Shown: one piece after another, positions 25,957 to 38,049 of the stretch
Layout of the letters: each line of letters starts with the position of its first letter
Numbering within the stretch: position 1 is the first letter of the stretch
NCBI GenBank assembly: GCA_017654855.1
Contig: CM030336.1
Span: 124,001-188,000 of the forward strand
DNA length: 64,000 nucleotides
Source: Podospora anserina
Taxonomy: Eukaryota
Direction: 5' to 3'
Program-made: the position numbers and the translations under genes
The notes under the pieces: model-generated
Told to the model about the DNA's origin: nothing
Seen by the model: only the letters and a program-made list of their open reading frames with translations
The model's database searches: none

Positions 25957-27150
25957 AATGGCTGTGATCTAAAGGAACAAGAAGAGAAGCTTGAAAAGGA
26001 GGTCGTCGGTCGAGTCCATTTTATGTCTCTCTCCTCCACAAACAAGGAGAGGCGAGATACACGCGCAATGTACCCAAAGCAAGCAGAGGCCTAAGAATAG
26101 AAGACTGTGTTGGGCTGGTGGAGTCTTGGCTGGATGGGTTGGAGGCTCTGGCGCAACAACATCGGGGATCGAAAGAGAGAGAAAAGGCCGAGAGATATAG
26201 CCAGTGACAAGACCACCGGCGGGATGTCTTGCAGCTTCTCGGACAATAACCTGCAAGGAGAGGGTCAGAGCACTACATACTCGGGAGCCGTGAGACGGAC
26301 TAACTATATGCAGGCAGAACTGTTGGCAGATCTATGGTGAACATTAAAGAAAGTAGAACCTGTTCTTCCTTCTGGCGGGTGCCCCTCCATTGGGCCTTCA
26401 CTTCTCCTGGACCAAATGACAAACGACGGGGCCGTCCCCAGGCCTCTGACGAAATGGCCGATCAACAGAAACACAACGGTTCCTGTAGTTATCTCGGTAC
26501 CTTAACACGCTAACAAAACACAGTTCAACGGCGGAGTTGCAGCAAGGGGGCGGAAAGCTTAATCCCACCTCGACCGGCCGCTGGGTTGTTAGCTCGCCGT
26601 CTTGGTGCTCGAAACCCTTGACAGATCAACCTGAGACCCCGATGCCCGGATTCTGCAGAACTCCAAAGTTGAATTCTTTGCTTGTGATCGTCCCCAACCA
26701 GCCCCTTGCCAACCGCCCCAGGATGAATGGCACGACAAGGTAGGACAATTTCTTGATTTTTCTTCTATCCACTCTCTCTTCTTCCAAACAACTCTAGACT
26801 CGCTAGCTAGCAGACAAGATCGAAAACCAATTACCACCCATCGACGCCGACCAGTGCTCAAAACTGTGTGTCATACGACCCAGAAACAACAGACTGGCTG
26901 GTTGGCTGACTGACAAAAAGTATACAGACAAACAATGTGACGAAAAACGACACTGACCAAACAAGTGAGAGGACGAAGGGGATATCATAGGTGTTAATAT
27001 ATGACACAGCCACAGCAGTAAAATGTTGTTGTATATACGAACACATGTCTGTCAACATCAGGCCCATACCCAAGCCAAGAAAACACAGAGGAAAAAAGAA
27101 CCCAAAAGGAAAAAAAAGCCAGATACACCAAAAGTGACAAAAGGAGATGT

Positions 27151-28644
27151 TTAATCCCCAAAGCTCATCCAGGCCCAGGAACCAACGGCACTTCCGAGAA
27201 TGAGGATGGTCAAGATGGCCGCGCCCGCCCTGTCGCCGTTGGTGATGGGGGCGAGCGGCTCACTCGGACCTCTGGACCTGGAACCAGCGTCGTAGTTGGG
27301 CTTGCTCAGACCTGTGATGTTGTTGGCTGGAGGAGGTGCGTCGTCAATCAGCAAGCTGGACACAGCAGCCAACACATTCATCTGCTCGCCAGCGCCGCTC
27401 GTCTTGTCGACGGCAGGATCAACATAGACACCCTCCCTCCAGTAGAAACCGCACCTCCGACCCGTGTCACCTCCTGTGCACTGCTTGACAGCAGCTTCGG
27501 TAGACGTCCTCAAGACCGGGAGGATCTTGTCCCGGGTATGCGGGGCGACCTTGGTGACCACGGACAGCCAGCGGTGGACGTAGCCCTTGAACGACAACAT
27601 GTCTGCCGTGCAGGCGCCCTTGCGGCCCTCGCAGGGAATTTCGTAGGCGATGTCGTCCTCGAAGAAATCGCGATGCATGCCCTCCCACAGCTTGTCGACT
27701 CTCGTCTTCCAAATCTCACTGCCGTTGGTGTAGTTATACATGAAGGCGCTCCCGTGCAGCAAGAGGGCGGCGTTGTAGCTGAACTGGGCTTTGTTGATGT
27801 CGGTGCAGTTGTGCTCGACGTGGCCACCGTCATACACACGCCAGTCCTTGTTGTCGATATACCCTACATCCCACAGCCACTGGAACGTCTTGTCGGCCCA
27901 GTCGGCATATGTCTGGTTGAAGGTGTAGGCTGCCAGGCGGGCGCCCAAGTCAAAGAAGCAGCCGTTGGCAATGGTGTTCTTGTAGTTGTAACCTGCGTTG
28001 GTGGGGGGAACCTGCCATCTCAGACCTCCGTTGCAGGTGTTGTCGTGTCTTTCGGGGGCGGCTTGGGTGTGGAAAACAGCCTGGGCCAGGGCGAGCCACT
28101 GGGGCTGGTCCTCCGGCGGGTTGGGGAATTTATTCTCGGCCGCCAACATGGCACTCATGCCCCAGAAACCCTGATCGTCGTTGCCCAGCGAGGCCGTATG
28201 GTTGGGCGGCATGTAATCCTCGTTGGGACCGACCTGGTGAATCATGCCTTCGGTGACTACCTTGTTGTAGGACTCGTCGCCTGTTAGAAACCAATAATCG
28301 ACGTAAGTGCCCATCATGGCTCCTCCTTCCCACCAGTAGTAGTCGCCCTTGTGTTCTGTGGGGGGACCGGGGAGAATGCCGGGAATTTCACCCGACTGGT
28401 TGCCCTTGTAGTAGAGCATGAGGTCGTAGGCGAGCGTGGCGGCGGACTCCTTGATTTCGGCTGCAAACAACAAAACAGTCAACATCAATTCATGGGATTC
28501 TCTCGACATGTGCTGAGTCCGGTCGGTACCTTTTGTGCCCAGCTTATAGACGGTAGCTCGTGCGCCGGGAAGCAAGCAGCTTGTGGTGGCCAGCAGCGCC
28601 GTCAACCATCGCGACGGGCTTTTTGGTGCTGGCGTTGTCGCCAT
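27151..28644 (-). CDS. GH76 mannan endo-1,6-alpha-mannosidase, Dcw1/Dfg5-like, GPI-anchored
   Basis: YYWWEGGAM, catalytic LGNDDQGFW, CNGGLRWQ, YKNTIANG, SFKGY; intron 28461-28529; C-terminal GPI-like tail. Confidence 0.93.
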   Translation of the reverse strand: MATTPAPKSPSRWLTALLATTSCLLPGARATVYKLGTKGTDRTQHMSRESHELMLTVLLFAAEIKESAATLAYDLMLYYKGNQSGEIPGILPGPPTEHKGDYYWWEGGAMMGTYVDYWFLTGDESYNKVVTEGMIHQVGPNEDYMPPNHTASLGNDDQGFWGMSAMLAAENKFPNPPEDQPQWLALAQAVFHTQAAPERHDNTCNGGLRWQVPPTNAGYNYKNTIANGCFFDLGARLAAYTFNQTYADWADKTFQWLWDVGYIDNKDWRVYDGGHVEHNCTDINKAQFSYNAALLLHGSAFMYNYTNGSEIWKTRVDKLWEGMHRDFFEDDIAYEIPCEGRKGACTADMLSFKGYVHRWLSVVTKVAPHTRDKILPVLRTSTEAAVKQCTGGDTGRRCGFYWREGVYVDPAVDKTSGAGEQMNVLAAVSSLLIDDAPPPANNITGLSKPNYDAGSRSRGPSEPLAPITNGDRAGAAILTILILGSAVGSWAWMSFGD

Positions 28645-30012
28645 TTTCGTGGCTGTGGTTGTTGCAATCGCCCAATCTTCTGTATCTGCTATGATATCCA
28701 ACTTGAAAGTTTGGGTGATCTGGGGGTATGCGTCGTTGTCGTTGGTGGTCGAATCCGGAATAAGGTCGCGCTCAGGTCAAAGCGAAAGCTGGAATAGGGG
28801 AACGAGCGTGGGTTTGGTGGGAGTAACGAGTGTGGGTGACGGTGGTGGTGATGACCAGCACCTGGTGTTTACCTAGTTCATCAACATATACCTTACAGGT
28901 GATGATGACGGAGGGGTGGTGGTGACGATGATAACGGCGATGGAGGCGGTGGTAGATGGAAAAGAGCGAGGCCAGGTGGAAATGGCATGGTTTCAGGAGG
29001 TGGGAGGGCCAAGATGACGCGAAGAAACACCTCCTTGTCGCTGCTTGGTATTCCCGTTTGGCGCTTGGCTTCTTGGCTTTTTTGTTTTTTGGCTTGCAAT
29101 GGCTGGGCATCGGCGAGGCGGTGCACGCTCGCCTCCACTGTTGACGGTGCCATTGGCTGTTGCATTTGCTCTCCCAGCCTTGGCGGCCATCAGGAGCACT
29201 GCGATGCAGGTGGGCCTCTCTTTTTTTCTCGGTGATATCCCTCGAGTTCCAATACAATTCATTCCGGGCACTAGGTGAGTCGTGGATGCTGCGCCGTTAG
29301 TCGATTCATCATTTTCGTTGCGCCGTCAGGACCGGACACGCGGATATCAGCATCGGAGAAGCTCTGCCCGCTGCTGCCGGTGAGGTGGGCAGGGGAATAC
29401 GGAAGCCAAGATGCACAGAGAGGCCACCTCAAGATCCCAACCTGGAATCCCCACCACAGGCCCCACATGCAACTGATCAACCCCAGAAACCGTGAAAATC
29501 CACCCCACATACTGTCGATGTTCCAGACCCTCCAAAACCTGTTTTAATTCAGATCCAAGCGCCCCGAACGACTTCAACAAGAACGATAAGATATATATAC
29601 GTGTGGTAGCCCTCTACTACATGGACTTGTCCCTGTCGTTCTCTGGCTATCTACCTGAGTCTCGGTGGTACACTGGTTGTCAACGCCGCCCACTTTGGCC
29701 AATTTCTTGTCTGAAATCTCGACTAACGCGTTGGAGACTTGGAAAACACTTGGAAGCTGTTGGCATACGTCAACCGGTACGCTCAACGGCTTTTTCTGCC
29801 AGCGATCACCTCTTGTTCGGAATTGTTGGCACGCGCGTCCCCGACAGCTAGCAATCTCACAATTTGCGTATCCGTATCTGATGTGGCTGATTACATCTCG
29901 TATTCAGTCATGGCTTAGACCGACAATGCATACTTTTTTTCTATTTACATATCCTGTCCATTTACATACTTCAAAACAGTGACTGGCGCACACACTAACG
30001 CTCCCTATCTAC

Positions 30013-30625
30013 CTAGTTGTTTGCCGTCTTGTCGTTGTAGTAATGGATCTGTCGGGCAATGTCAGTTGGTACCATCTCAATCACTCGAGTAATTATGAGG
30101 GGAACTCACAGTATGGTCGGAGCACCCTGCAGGCGTTTGATAACCATAAGCGCCCGTGTTGATGAACAGCTGCTGGTTCTTGCACACAAGCCAGGCTCCG
30201 ACGTTCTGCCTCCTGATGCTCGGCACGCTCCACGTGAGTGTGTCTCCCTGCCACGCAAACGTCCCAAACGTCGACTTGGTCGTGTTGAAGAAGGTGGCCA
30301 GAGTACGAGGAGGGTTGGCCTTGTCGGCCGGCTCCTCCACCCAGAGATACAACGGTGGGTTGGATACCTTGTTGACTAGCTGTCCACCCTCGATGTTGAA
30401 CTGTCCTGCCGTGGTGTGTGACTCGAGAATAGCGATGCCGGGAACATTCGCGGGCTTCGTCTGGAGGTATTTGTGATAGTTTGGAGGCGTCACGCCACGA
30501 ATCCAATAGGCACCTTGCTGGAGGGTGGTGGGAGAGGGCGTGGAGACTGGTGTGTCTGCTTGAGCAACAGGTGAGGCTAGGCAGGCGCCCGCGCTGAGCA
30601 GGATGGAGACAATGGTTGACTTCAT
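30013..30625 (-). CDS. Small secreted protein of unknown function
   Basis: Signal peptide MKSTIVSILLSAGACLA, short P/T linker, YWIRGVTPPNYHKYLQ...LFINTGAYGYQTPAGCSDHT|IHYYNDKTANN*; intron 30049-30109. Confidence 0.85.
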
Positions 30626-31073
30626 GGTGGTGGCGTTACCGACGAGAGTCTTGGGTTGTCGACAAGCTTTGAGATGGAAGGTTAGCTGCACCTCGGCTTT
30701 TAAGGGGTCCCTCGGTCAGAACGACGCCGATCGGATGATCGAAGATCAATATAAGGCTCAATATATACACCGGGGCCTTTGCCTCCTGGCGAGCGCTTTG
30801 CTGGTGGAATTAACCTCTCCGCCGGTATTGAGCTGCTTTAATCCCGCGTCCCGTGAGAGGGGCACTGCTTTGTGAACAGGAAAAGGTAGATCGGCTGCTC
30901 TGCTAGATCCGGGTAAATGGCCTCGACATGAAATGATCGATTGTTACTACCACATAAAAGAAACAGACTAATATTGAAAATATACAAGAAACCATGTCCT
31001 CGACACATGAACATGTATACCAATACAGCTCGTCCCGATGTCCCTGAACCCCTGAATCCTTCACGTAATCACC

Positions 31074-32253
31074 TCAGCCTCGCGATGTTCGCATCTCGTA
31101 AACATTCTCCCGTCGCTTCCCTTTGGCGTGCATATCAGCAGGAGCCTCCACCACCGGCACCGTCCCGGGACTGATAGGCTCTCCCTCATAAGGACTCAGT
31201 GGCCAAGGGTTGTTGAGAGGGTGGTTATGTGTAGGAGGTGCAGGTGCAGGCAAGTCTTGCCCCCACACGGGCTTGATCATACTACTTCGGGTGCTTTCAA
31301 AAGGATTGCGCTCTGAAAAGGCCGGTCCCGGTGATGGACTCATCAGTGCAAAATCCCTGGGATTAATCGCGTCATAGTAATCCTGAGCTTGCTGACGATT
31401 CTGCTTCTTCTTGCGGCGTCTGCAAAGAAACATGATGAGCAGAGTGAGAATGATGACCAAGATTAGTATCCCGCCTATCACCGCCCCTGCGATGACGCCC
31501 TAGGTCGTACCAGGCATGTCCATAGGTCGGGAGCTGGGTGTTGCCGACGCGGAAGGCACGGGACTGGCGTGGATCATGGCCTGCTGCCAATGTGGTCTCT
31601 CACCGCATCCGACCATGGTCTGGAACGGACGATCGTGATATGTCAGCGTGTTGCAAAAGACCGAGGCAGGATTGGTGCTGTTTGATCCAGGTCAGGTTGT
31701 TAGAGACGACGCCTCAAATGTTCTTAGGACACCGTACACGTACCAACAGGTTGTATGTGGACCAAGATTATTGCAACGCCCACGACTGAAGTCGCCGTTG
31801 TCTAAGCAGGCTGTGGCGACATCGCAACCTACTGATGTTGGACAGCAGCCCACATGGCCTTGAGCGGTACTACAAACCAACCCTCCGTTGCATGTTATAG
31901 GCTTGTCTATTGGGCCATGTTAGACCAAAGCAAAGAGGCAGGGTTTGGAACGTAAGCAACGTACTGATATCGCCTTGAATATAGGCACAGGTAGTGAGGG
32001 CATTCTGTCTCAACAACAGGTCCCGCGGACTATGAGGAGGGTTTGGGGATGCCGTAGGAGCGGGTGCCTGTGCTGGTCCATGATCCCAGTCAGGAGCCTC
32101 TGCGTGGAAATGCGTGGGCTTTGCCGCATGCCATCTTGATTCCGGCGCGAGAGCACCTTGAAAGCTTCTATGGGCACCTTCGGGGACTCCGTGATGAGCT
32201 CCTCCAAAGTGGGCTTCATCTCGGAGAATGAGTGAGAGGAAGAAGAGCCACAT
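31074..32253 (-). pseudogene. Cys-rich single-pass membrane protein interrupted by one in-frame TAG (31500-31502)
   Basis: Two canonical introns (about 31908-31964 and 31678-31743) join TCAYIQGDI|NKPITC...GCC...TTC|CTNP; the frame then reads MDMPGTT*GVIAGAVIGGILILVIILTLLIMFLCRRRKKK; start uncertain. Confidence 0.7.
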
Positions 32254-32849
32254 AACTCGGAAGGTTAAAGTTGGTACGGTCAAGCCCATGTCGGACATAG
32301 GTATTCGCAGCACTGGACGAGTGGAAATGAAGACATTCAGCAATTCTGTATCTTTGATCCACCTAGTGCTTAAAGCGCTTGCGAAAGTCTGGCCCGACAG
32401 TCTGGACAGGTCAACTGAGCGGGGCAGAACAAAGACTAGATCTCCAAAGACCTTCGGTAGCTGGGCAAGCTAGGTATGAGCGCCTGGGAAGCTTTATCCA
32501 GAGCCTCATTCGGAGACCGACCATGCGTGCCGTGGCGTACGCGTTCTCTCAACTACAAAGAAAACCTCGGGAATTTTGCACAAATCAGGGCATTTCTGTC
32601 CTACCTAGTAGAATGCTGACTCAAGTACCTCGATTGCGAGCTGGCCAATGCGCCGGCATGTGTGGGAAAAGGGGTAATTCAGGGGTAACCAAGATTTGTT
32701 CCTATAGCACGGCAGAGAACTCTAAATGGCCAAAATGTCTCATTTTTCTCACCGAAACCAACTATTATTAAGGTGCTGTTTATTCTATATACGTATTCAT
32801 TAGGCATTATTTCATGTCATGGCATCTGTGCGAACTTTGGCTCATTGAC

Positions 32850-35076
32850 TCAGATATCGATCCATCTCGCCATCCATTTGTCAACAGCCTCCTTGGCCTC
32901 ATCAACCAGCCCAAGTTCTGTCAAACTGTTAGCCACCCCATCCAAATGTTATCGGAGCCATCAGACGAAACTTACCCAAAAGAAGCTGAACACCACCTCT
33001 GATACCGCTCTCCAAAGCAGAGGCAATCCAAGCATGCGTGTAGCTGGTGTGCTCGCCGACAAAGATCAACTGTGTCCATGCGTTAGCTTTTTATCATGTC
33101 AGTCTTGAGCAAGGCAGGAAGACGTACCCCATCATAAGTCTTGAAGTACTCGGGAATATACAGCTGATGCTGTCCAATACTTGGGTTCGCCCAGCCACCC
33201 CTGGTGAGCTCGTCTTGAGCCCAGCACCGCCTGTTGTACCGACCAGTGTACAGCTTCCTCGTCTCCTCGCCGTGGATCTCGGTCATGGCGTCCAACACAT
33301 ACTGGACGTGCTCTTCTTCTGACAGCGACTCAAGCAGCGCGCCAGTGTCATAACTCGCCAGAATGGAAGCGGGCCCGGTGCCGTTGATGTTGTAGGATGG
33401 GTAGCAGATGGAGCCGATACCGGGGATGTCGGTGGAGGTGCTGCAACTGCCGAGGATGGGGTTGGCGTACTTCTCCCAGAAGCGCGTCTTGTACTCGAGG
33501 GCGACCTTGCAGGCGTTGGCGTACTCGAGCTTGCGGATGGCGTTGGAGATGGTGGCAGGGAGGGTGGGCATTCTCCAGGAGCGGACGACGGAGAAGGGAG
33601 CAGAGATAATGGCGTAATCGTAGCCGGCAGAGGAGAGCTTGGATTTCTTCCCATTGCGGGGGTTGCTGTCTCGGTAGGAGAGCTGGACCTTCTTGGAACC
33701 CGTCTTGGAGTCGGTGGAGAAGGCAACACGCTCGACGGCGCGGTTCATGATGGTATCCTTGTTGACCAACGGGTGAAAAGCCAAGGGGAGACGGTTGAGG
33801 CCGCCATCGATGGTCTTCCAGGAGGCGGCTCGGAAATAAGCGCCGCTGTAGATGCTGGACCAGTAGCTGTGATCGCTTCCGCCAATAACATCTGTGTCGT
33901 TGAGGCTACCCCCAAGATGGTGTGTCAGGAAAGCAAACTCGGACCACGTATCACCACCAAGACCCTTGAGACCGTTCTCGATCCAGTCCTTGTGAGCCTT
34001 GAACATGTTGTTGGCCACATCCGCATACACACTGCTGGGAGGCATGTACTCGCTCAGGGCCGCAGCCAAAGCGATGGTCGAGTTGTCCCGGGGCATAGAA
34101 GGGGTCCCCAAGGAAGGATCGGCCGCAATCTGGGCAGAAGTTGGTGGCAGACCGGATGGGAGCTTGAAACCGTTCCTGTAGACCAGTCCGTTTGGCGAGC
34201 TCTGGTACCAAGGCTGGAAGCTGACGGTGAGGTTCTTGCTGTTCTTGTTCAGCTTGTTGATCTCCTCGGCGACCTGGAAGACGATCTGAGAGTCGGTGAT
34301 TTCGAGCGTGCTGTTGGTTGCTGGATCATTGTAGGTCCAGGGGAACCGCATCGGGCCCATCTCCTGGTAGGAGTAATCGAAAGCCTTGCCGCGCAGGTAC
34401 TCGGTGTGAACTCTGCCACCAAGACGGTTGCCGGCCTCAATGATCTTGACATTCTTGAGGCCCGCTTGAGTGAGGACGAGATAGCTCATCAGCCCAGACA
34501 TGCCGGCGCCCACAATGGCGACCTCCTTCTCCTTGGCGGCCTTGACGTCAATGGGCCCCGGTTGTTGGTCCTGGAGGAGCTTGACACCCTCGAACCAGGG
34601 ACCAAGGGTTTCAATTCCCGTGGCGTTGGTCATGGCGATGGCTGTGGATCGTTAGCAAATGAGGTGCGTCTTGTTTCACCAGAGTTGAACTGACCAGCTC
34701 GCTTCTCTGCTCTCTTTGCGTGGCGATTCTCAAGGAGCTGAGGCTCACTCCTCCCCAGAAGCTGCCCGGCGGGGTTCCAGGCGGAGAGGCATCCCCCAGA
34801 CTCAGACCTCTCGGGAAGCTTCCACACAAGGCGTGTCTCCTGTCTCTTTCCCTGGACCTCGCCCACGGTGTGATGAGCATCTCTAGCAGAGAGAGATGAG
34901 CAAGAACCGTAGGAAACGGTTACAGGACCGGCCACGTCTCTCTCGACAAACAGGTGGACGTTGCCAAGGCGAGAGGTCACGGCATGGCGAGTCTCGAGCC
35001 TGACAGGGTGGCTGTTGAGGTTGACTGAAGCAGCAGCAGCACCTCCGAGGAGGAGGAAAGATGTAAAGCCGACCAT
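32850..35076 (-). CDS. Secreted flavin amine oxidase / L-amino-acid oxidase
   Basis: Signal peptide; IVGAGMSG, RLGGRV, EMGPMRFP, FVGEHTSYTHAWIASALESG; three introns (about 34642-34694, 33070-33127, 32919-32976). Confidence 0.9.
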
Positions 35077-35152
35077 TGTGAGGAGAGGGGGGTGGTGGGA
35101 CCTGGTCGTTCTACCCGGAACGACAGTCTCAGCAGACCTGGGCCTCGGGGTC

Positions 35153-35159
35153 TTTTATA
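35153..35159 (-). promoter_or_regulatory. TATA box candidate of the LAAO gene
   Basis: TATAAAA on the minus strand about 80 nt upstream of the ATG. Confidence 0.5.
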
Positions 35160-36402
35160 CGGAAGGGTGCCCTCAACATGGCCGTGCCGGCTTACCATCC
35201 CGAGCTCGGAGAGGTGAAGCCTCGGAACATGGACGAAGAGTCCACCCACGCATAATCGGATCAATTGCTCCATCGATAAACAGTTTCCCTGTTGAGGTCA
35301 GCTGCGGGATGGACGCCTGCCCGACAGCTAACGCCCGTTTTGTGTAAATCTTTGACAAATCGTGCCTCTCCCCCGCGAGGAAGGCGAATACCTACCCTGG
35401 TGTGTTCTGTTCTGATTGACTGCTTTGGGAGAAGATGGAGGGGCGGTTAGCAGCGTGGGTGGATTGGATCCTTGTCAGACTTTGTCCCCGATCCCTCTTC
35501 ACCATTGTACCGAAGGATCCGAGAGGTGCTCTTTTGCGCTGTGCAGTTGCAGTAGTTATCGGGTCTAGTAGATATCTGCATATCCTGGGGAAGTTCGCTT
35601 GGAAGACGACCGTTGTTATCCGTATCTTGGCCCCCATGCTGGTGGAGCGCCCCCCCATTCCTGTTCGGGAAGGTGGTTGATTTGTCAACAGCAGGACACA
35701 GCTAAAGGAGCAAAACTCCATCTTGTTGTCGTGATAAGGCGCGTTTTCTTGATTTGTTTGTTGCAATTGGTCATGGGTTGTCAACGGCTTCGTTGATGTT
35801 ATACCAAAGGCGTAGAGGGACCCGTCTCTGATTCCGAGGTGGTCAGCCGGGAGAACTCCATTTCCGAGTGAAAAGGCTACGTAAGGTAGCTTGCGTAAAC
35901 AGATACAAATCTACCTACATATCTTTCCATCTTATCATGGGCTCCTTTCGCATCATCGTTTAGCTCGTGTGCTAATAAGTCTCTCGTACTTCGGGTTGCC
36001 TGCCGGTTGTACAAGCAGTTTCGACGAGAGGTTCCGTCGTGTCTAGCTAACAAAGAAGTACCATCGTGAAGGTTGTTATCTCGCTTGCCCATGATGAAGA
36101 AGCAAAAAGCAAATTGGCAAAGGCGGCTTTGGCAATATGAAGTAAACAAACAGAGTATAAAAATAGGGGTGAAAACCGAGGCCTGTCAGTCGCAATGAGC
36201 CGGTTACATTGGGCGCAAGGCGGGTAAGGTAAAGGTAAGGTAGGTACCCTACCTGCGGAGCATTGCATGGTGCTAAGGTAGGTACCAGATGACGCGATTC
36301 GAACCAGAGTTTTGATCTGAGAAGCTATAATTAAGGCATGAGCAGAGTCTCATCCCCCTAGATAGGGTCTAGTCCCAGTACCCACACGTTGATAGGTCTT
36401 TA

Positions 36403-38049
36403 TCAATGTCCCTCCCCCCGTGTCAAACTCCTCCCATGAAACCTTGCCAGCCAACTATTCGCCATCATCACTCTGATTCTCTTGCCCCAGATCATGAAAA
36501 CGAAGACCATCATGTTGTTTACCACCAAGATGGGGACGAAAGCCGCCACAACAATCGTGACATATCCATGCTTGAGGATCCAGTTCAACAGCTCCCCGCT
36601 AAAACCAAAGCTGATGGCCTGCTTGCCAAGGTTCATGATGATGAGCATCTCGCTCAAGTTGGCATTGTACGAATCAACCGCATAAGCCAATGTGAGTGTG
36701 AAGTAAAAGTAACCAGCCCACTGGGTGATACCGATCGCGATGAAGTAGCATATCCAGTGGAGATTTCTGGCTGCAGCCATACCAAAGAGAACTTGGCCTG
36801 CCGGAGCGACAAACGCGGCAGGAATGAGAACCCCCAGTCTCATTTCGGCTTCTCTGATGCCCCCATTCCTCCTTGTGAGCCTCGCGGCCAGGATATCGGA
36901 TGCCGGGAGTAGAGGAAGAGCAAGGCCGAAGCCAATAAAAGTCGCAATGGCGCTCAGACCAGAATTTGTCTCGGGCCAATTGTATGGGGGCTGAACAATC
37001 TTCAACGGGAAGACGAAGTTGAAGGAGAAGCCGCACAGTCCAATATAGATGCCGTAGGTGGCGATGACCCAGAAGGTGGAAGGAACCAAGAGATGGGTGA
37101 AAGCTCTGAATGGCATGGCCCAAAAGTCACACGTGTAGTCGAACTTGTCCGGGAAGATGCTGAGCTGCTGTTTCCAAGACTTGCGCCGAGGAAGGACAAA
37201 ATTGCCCGACAGCTCTGCAGTCTCTGGCTGCCGCTTCTTCTCATTGCCTTCTGCCGTGGTCGCAGCCGACGTCACAACCTCGAGGTTGCTCCCGCTTGAT
37301 GACCCACCTGACGGAGCAACAGGAGCTCTGAAATACAACGACTCTTCCACAAAAAGAAAACACAAGAGCAAAAGCGCGACACCAAAAGCCAGCTCGACAT
37401 AAAAGAACAAGTTCCACGAATACCCGGCCGCAAGCATAAACCCGCAAAACATCGGCCCAGTCGCTCCCAGACACAAGGCAACCGTATACCACCCCAACTT
37501 CTTCCCTCTCTCGTGCAAGAAGAAGATGTCATTCACCAACTGTACCGGCAACGCCTCGCAAACCCCGCTCCCAAAAGCATGCACAATCCTCCATGCTAGC
37601 AAACCCCCATAGGTCGTCGATTGACTCGCCCCGATGATCCCCCCAATATATGCCACCAGGCTCAGCAACATGACCGGTCGCCTCCCGTACCTCTTGTACA
37701 ACGGCACCAAGATCACACTCCCAAAACCGAAAATCAAGTTGGGGTAGTTCACCAGCCCTGCCGCCGTGTTGGGATCGACGTTGAACTGGGCGGACCAAAG
37801 CCCGATGTACACTGCCGGTCCGAGCAAGGCAGAGATTCCCAGGAAGGAAAAGGCGCAGGCGCAAAACATGATCATATGTTTCTTGAACTTGGTCCATTGT
37901 AAGGGGTCGTTGGGGTCGGCCGAGGGGACAGGGAAGAGGGCCTGGCCGTAGTGGGTTTCTTCACCCTCTTTGGCAGCGAGGCTCACGGTGCCTGGGATGG
38001 ACTCCTCGTGAGCGTGGCTGTGGGGGTCATGGCGGATGGCGATGGCCAT
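36403..38049 (-). CDS. MFS transporter (Hol1/DHA1-like)
   Basis: PVPSADPNDPLQW, RYGRRPV, DIFFLHERG, EAEMRL; about 12 TM segments; intronless. Confidence 0.92.
   Translation of the reverse strand: MAIAIRHDPHSHAHEESIPGTVSLAAKEGEETHYGQALFPVPSADPNDPLQWTKFKKHMIMFCACAFSFLGISALLGPAVYIGLWSAQFNVDPNTAAGLVNYPNLIFGFGSVILVPLYKRYGRRPVMLLSLVAYIGGIIGASQSTTYGGLLAWRIVHAFGSGVCEALPVQLVNDIFFLHERGKKLGWYTVALCLGATGPMFCGFMLAAGYSWNLFFYVELAFGVALLLLCFLFVEESLYFRAPVAPSGGSSSGSNLEVVTSAATTAEGNEKKRQPETAELSGNFVLPRRKSWKQQLSIFPDKFDYTCDFWAMPFRAFTHLLVPSTFWVIATYGIYIGLCGFSFNFVFPLKIVQPPYNWPETNSGLSAIATFIGFGLALPLLPASDILAARLTRRNGGIREAEMRLGVLIPAAFVAPAGQVLFGMAAARNLHWICYFIAIGITQWAGYFYFTLTLAYAVDSYNANLSEMLIIMNLGKQAISFGFSGELLNWILKHGYVTIVVAAFVPILVVNNMMVFVFMIWGKRIRVMMANSWLARFHGRSLTRGEGH

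Noticed and set aside
28461-28529. Other stop-free 3n introns (GH76 69 nt, DUF1996 63 nt, aspartic protease 63 nt)
   Set aside because: Expected by chance among about 35 short introns; no evidence of functional retention.
36222-36255. GGTA/TACC-rich short repeats (also near 5268-5280)
   Set aside because: Common low-complexity intergenic motif in such genomes; no spacer or terminal-repeat structure.
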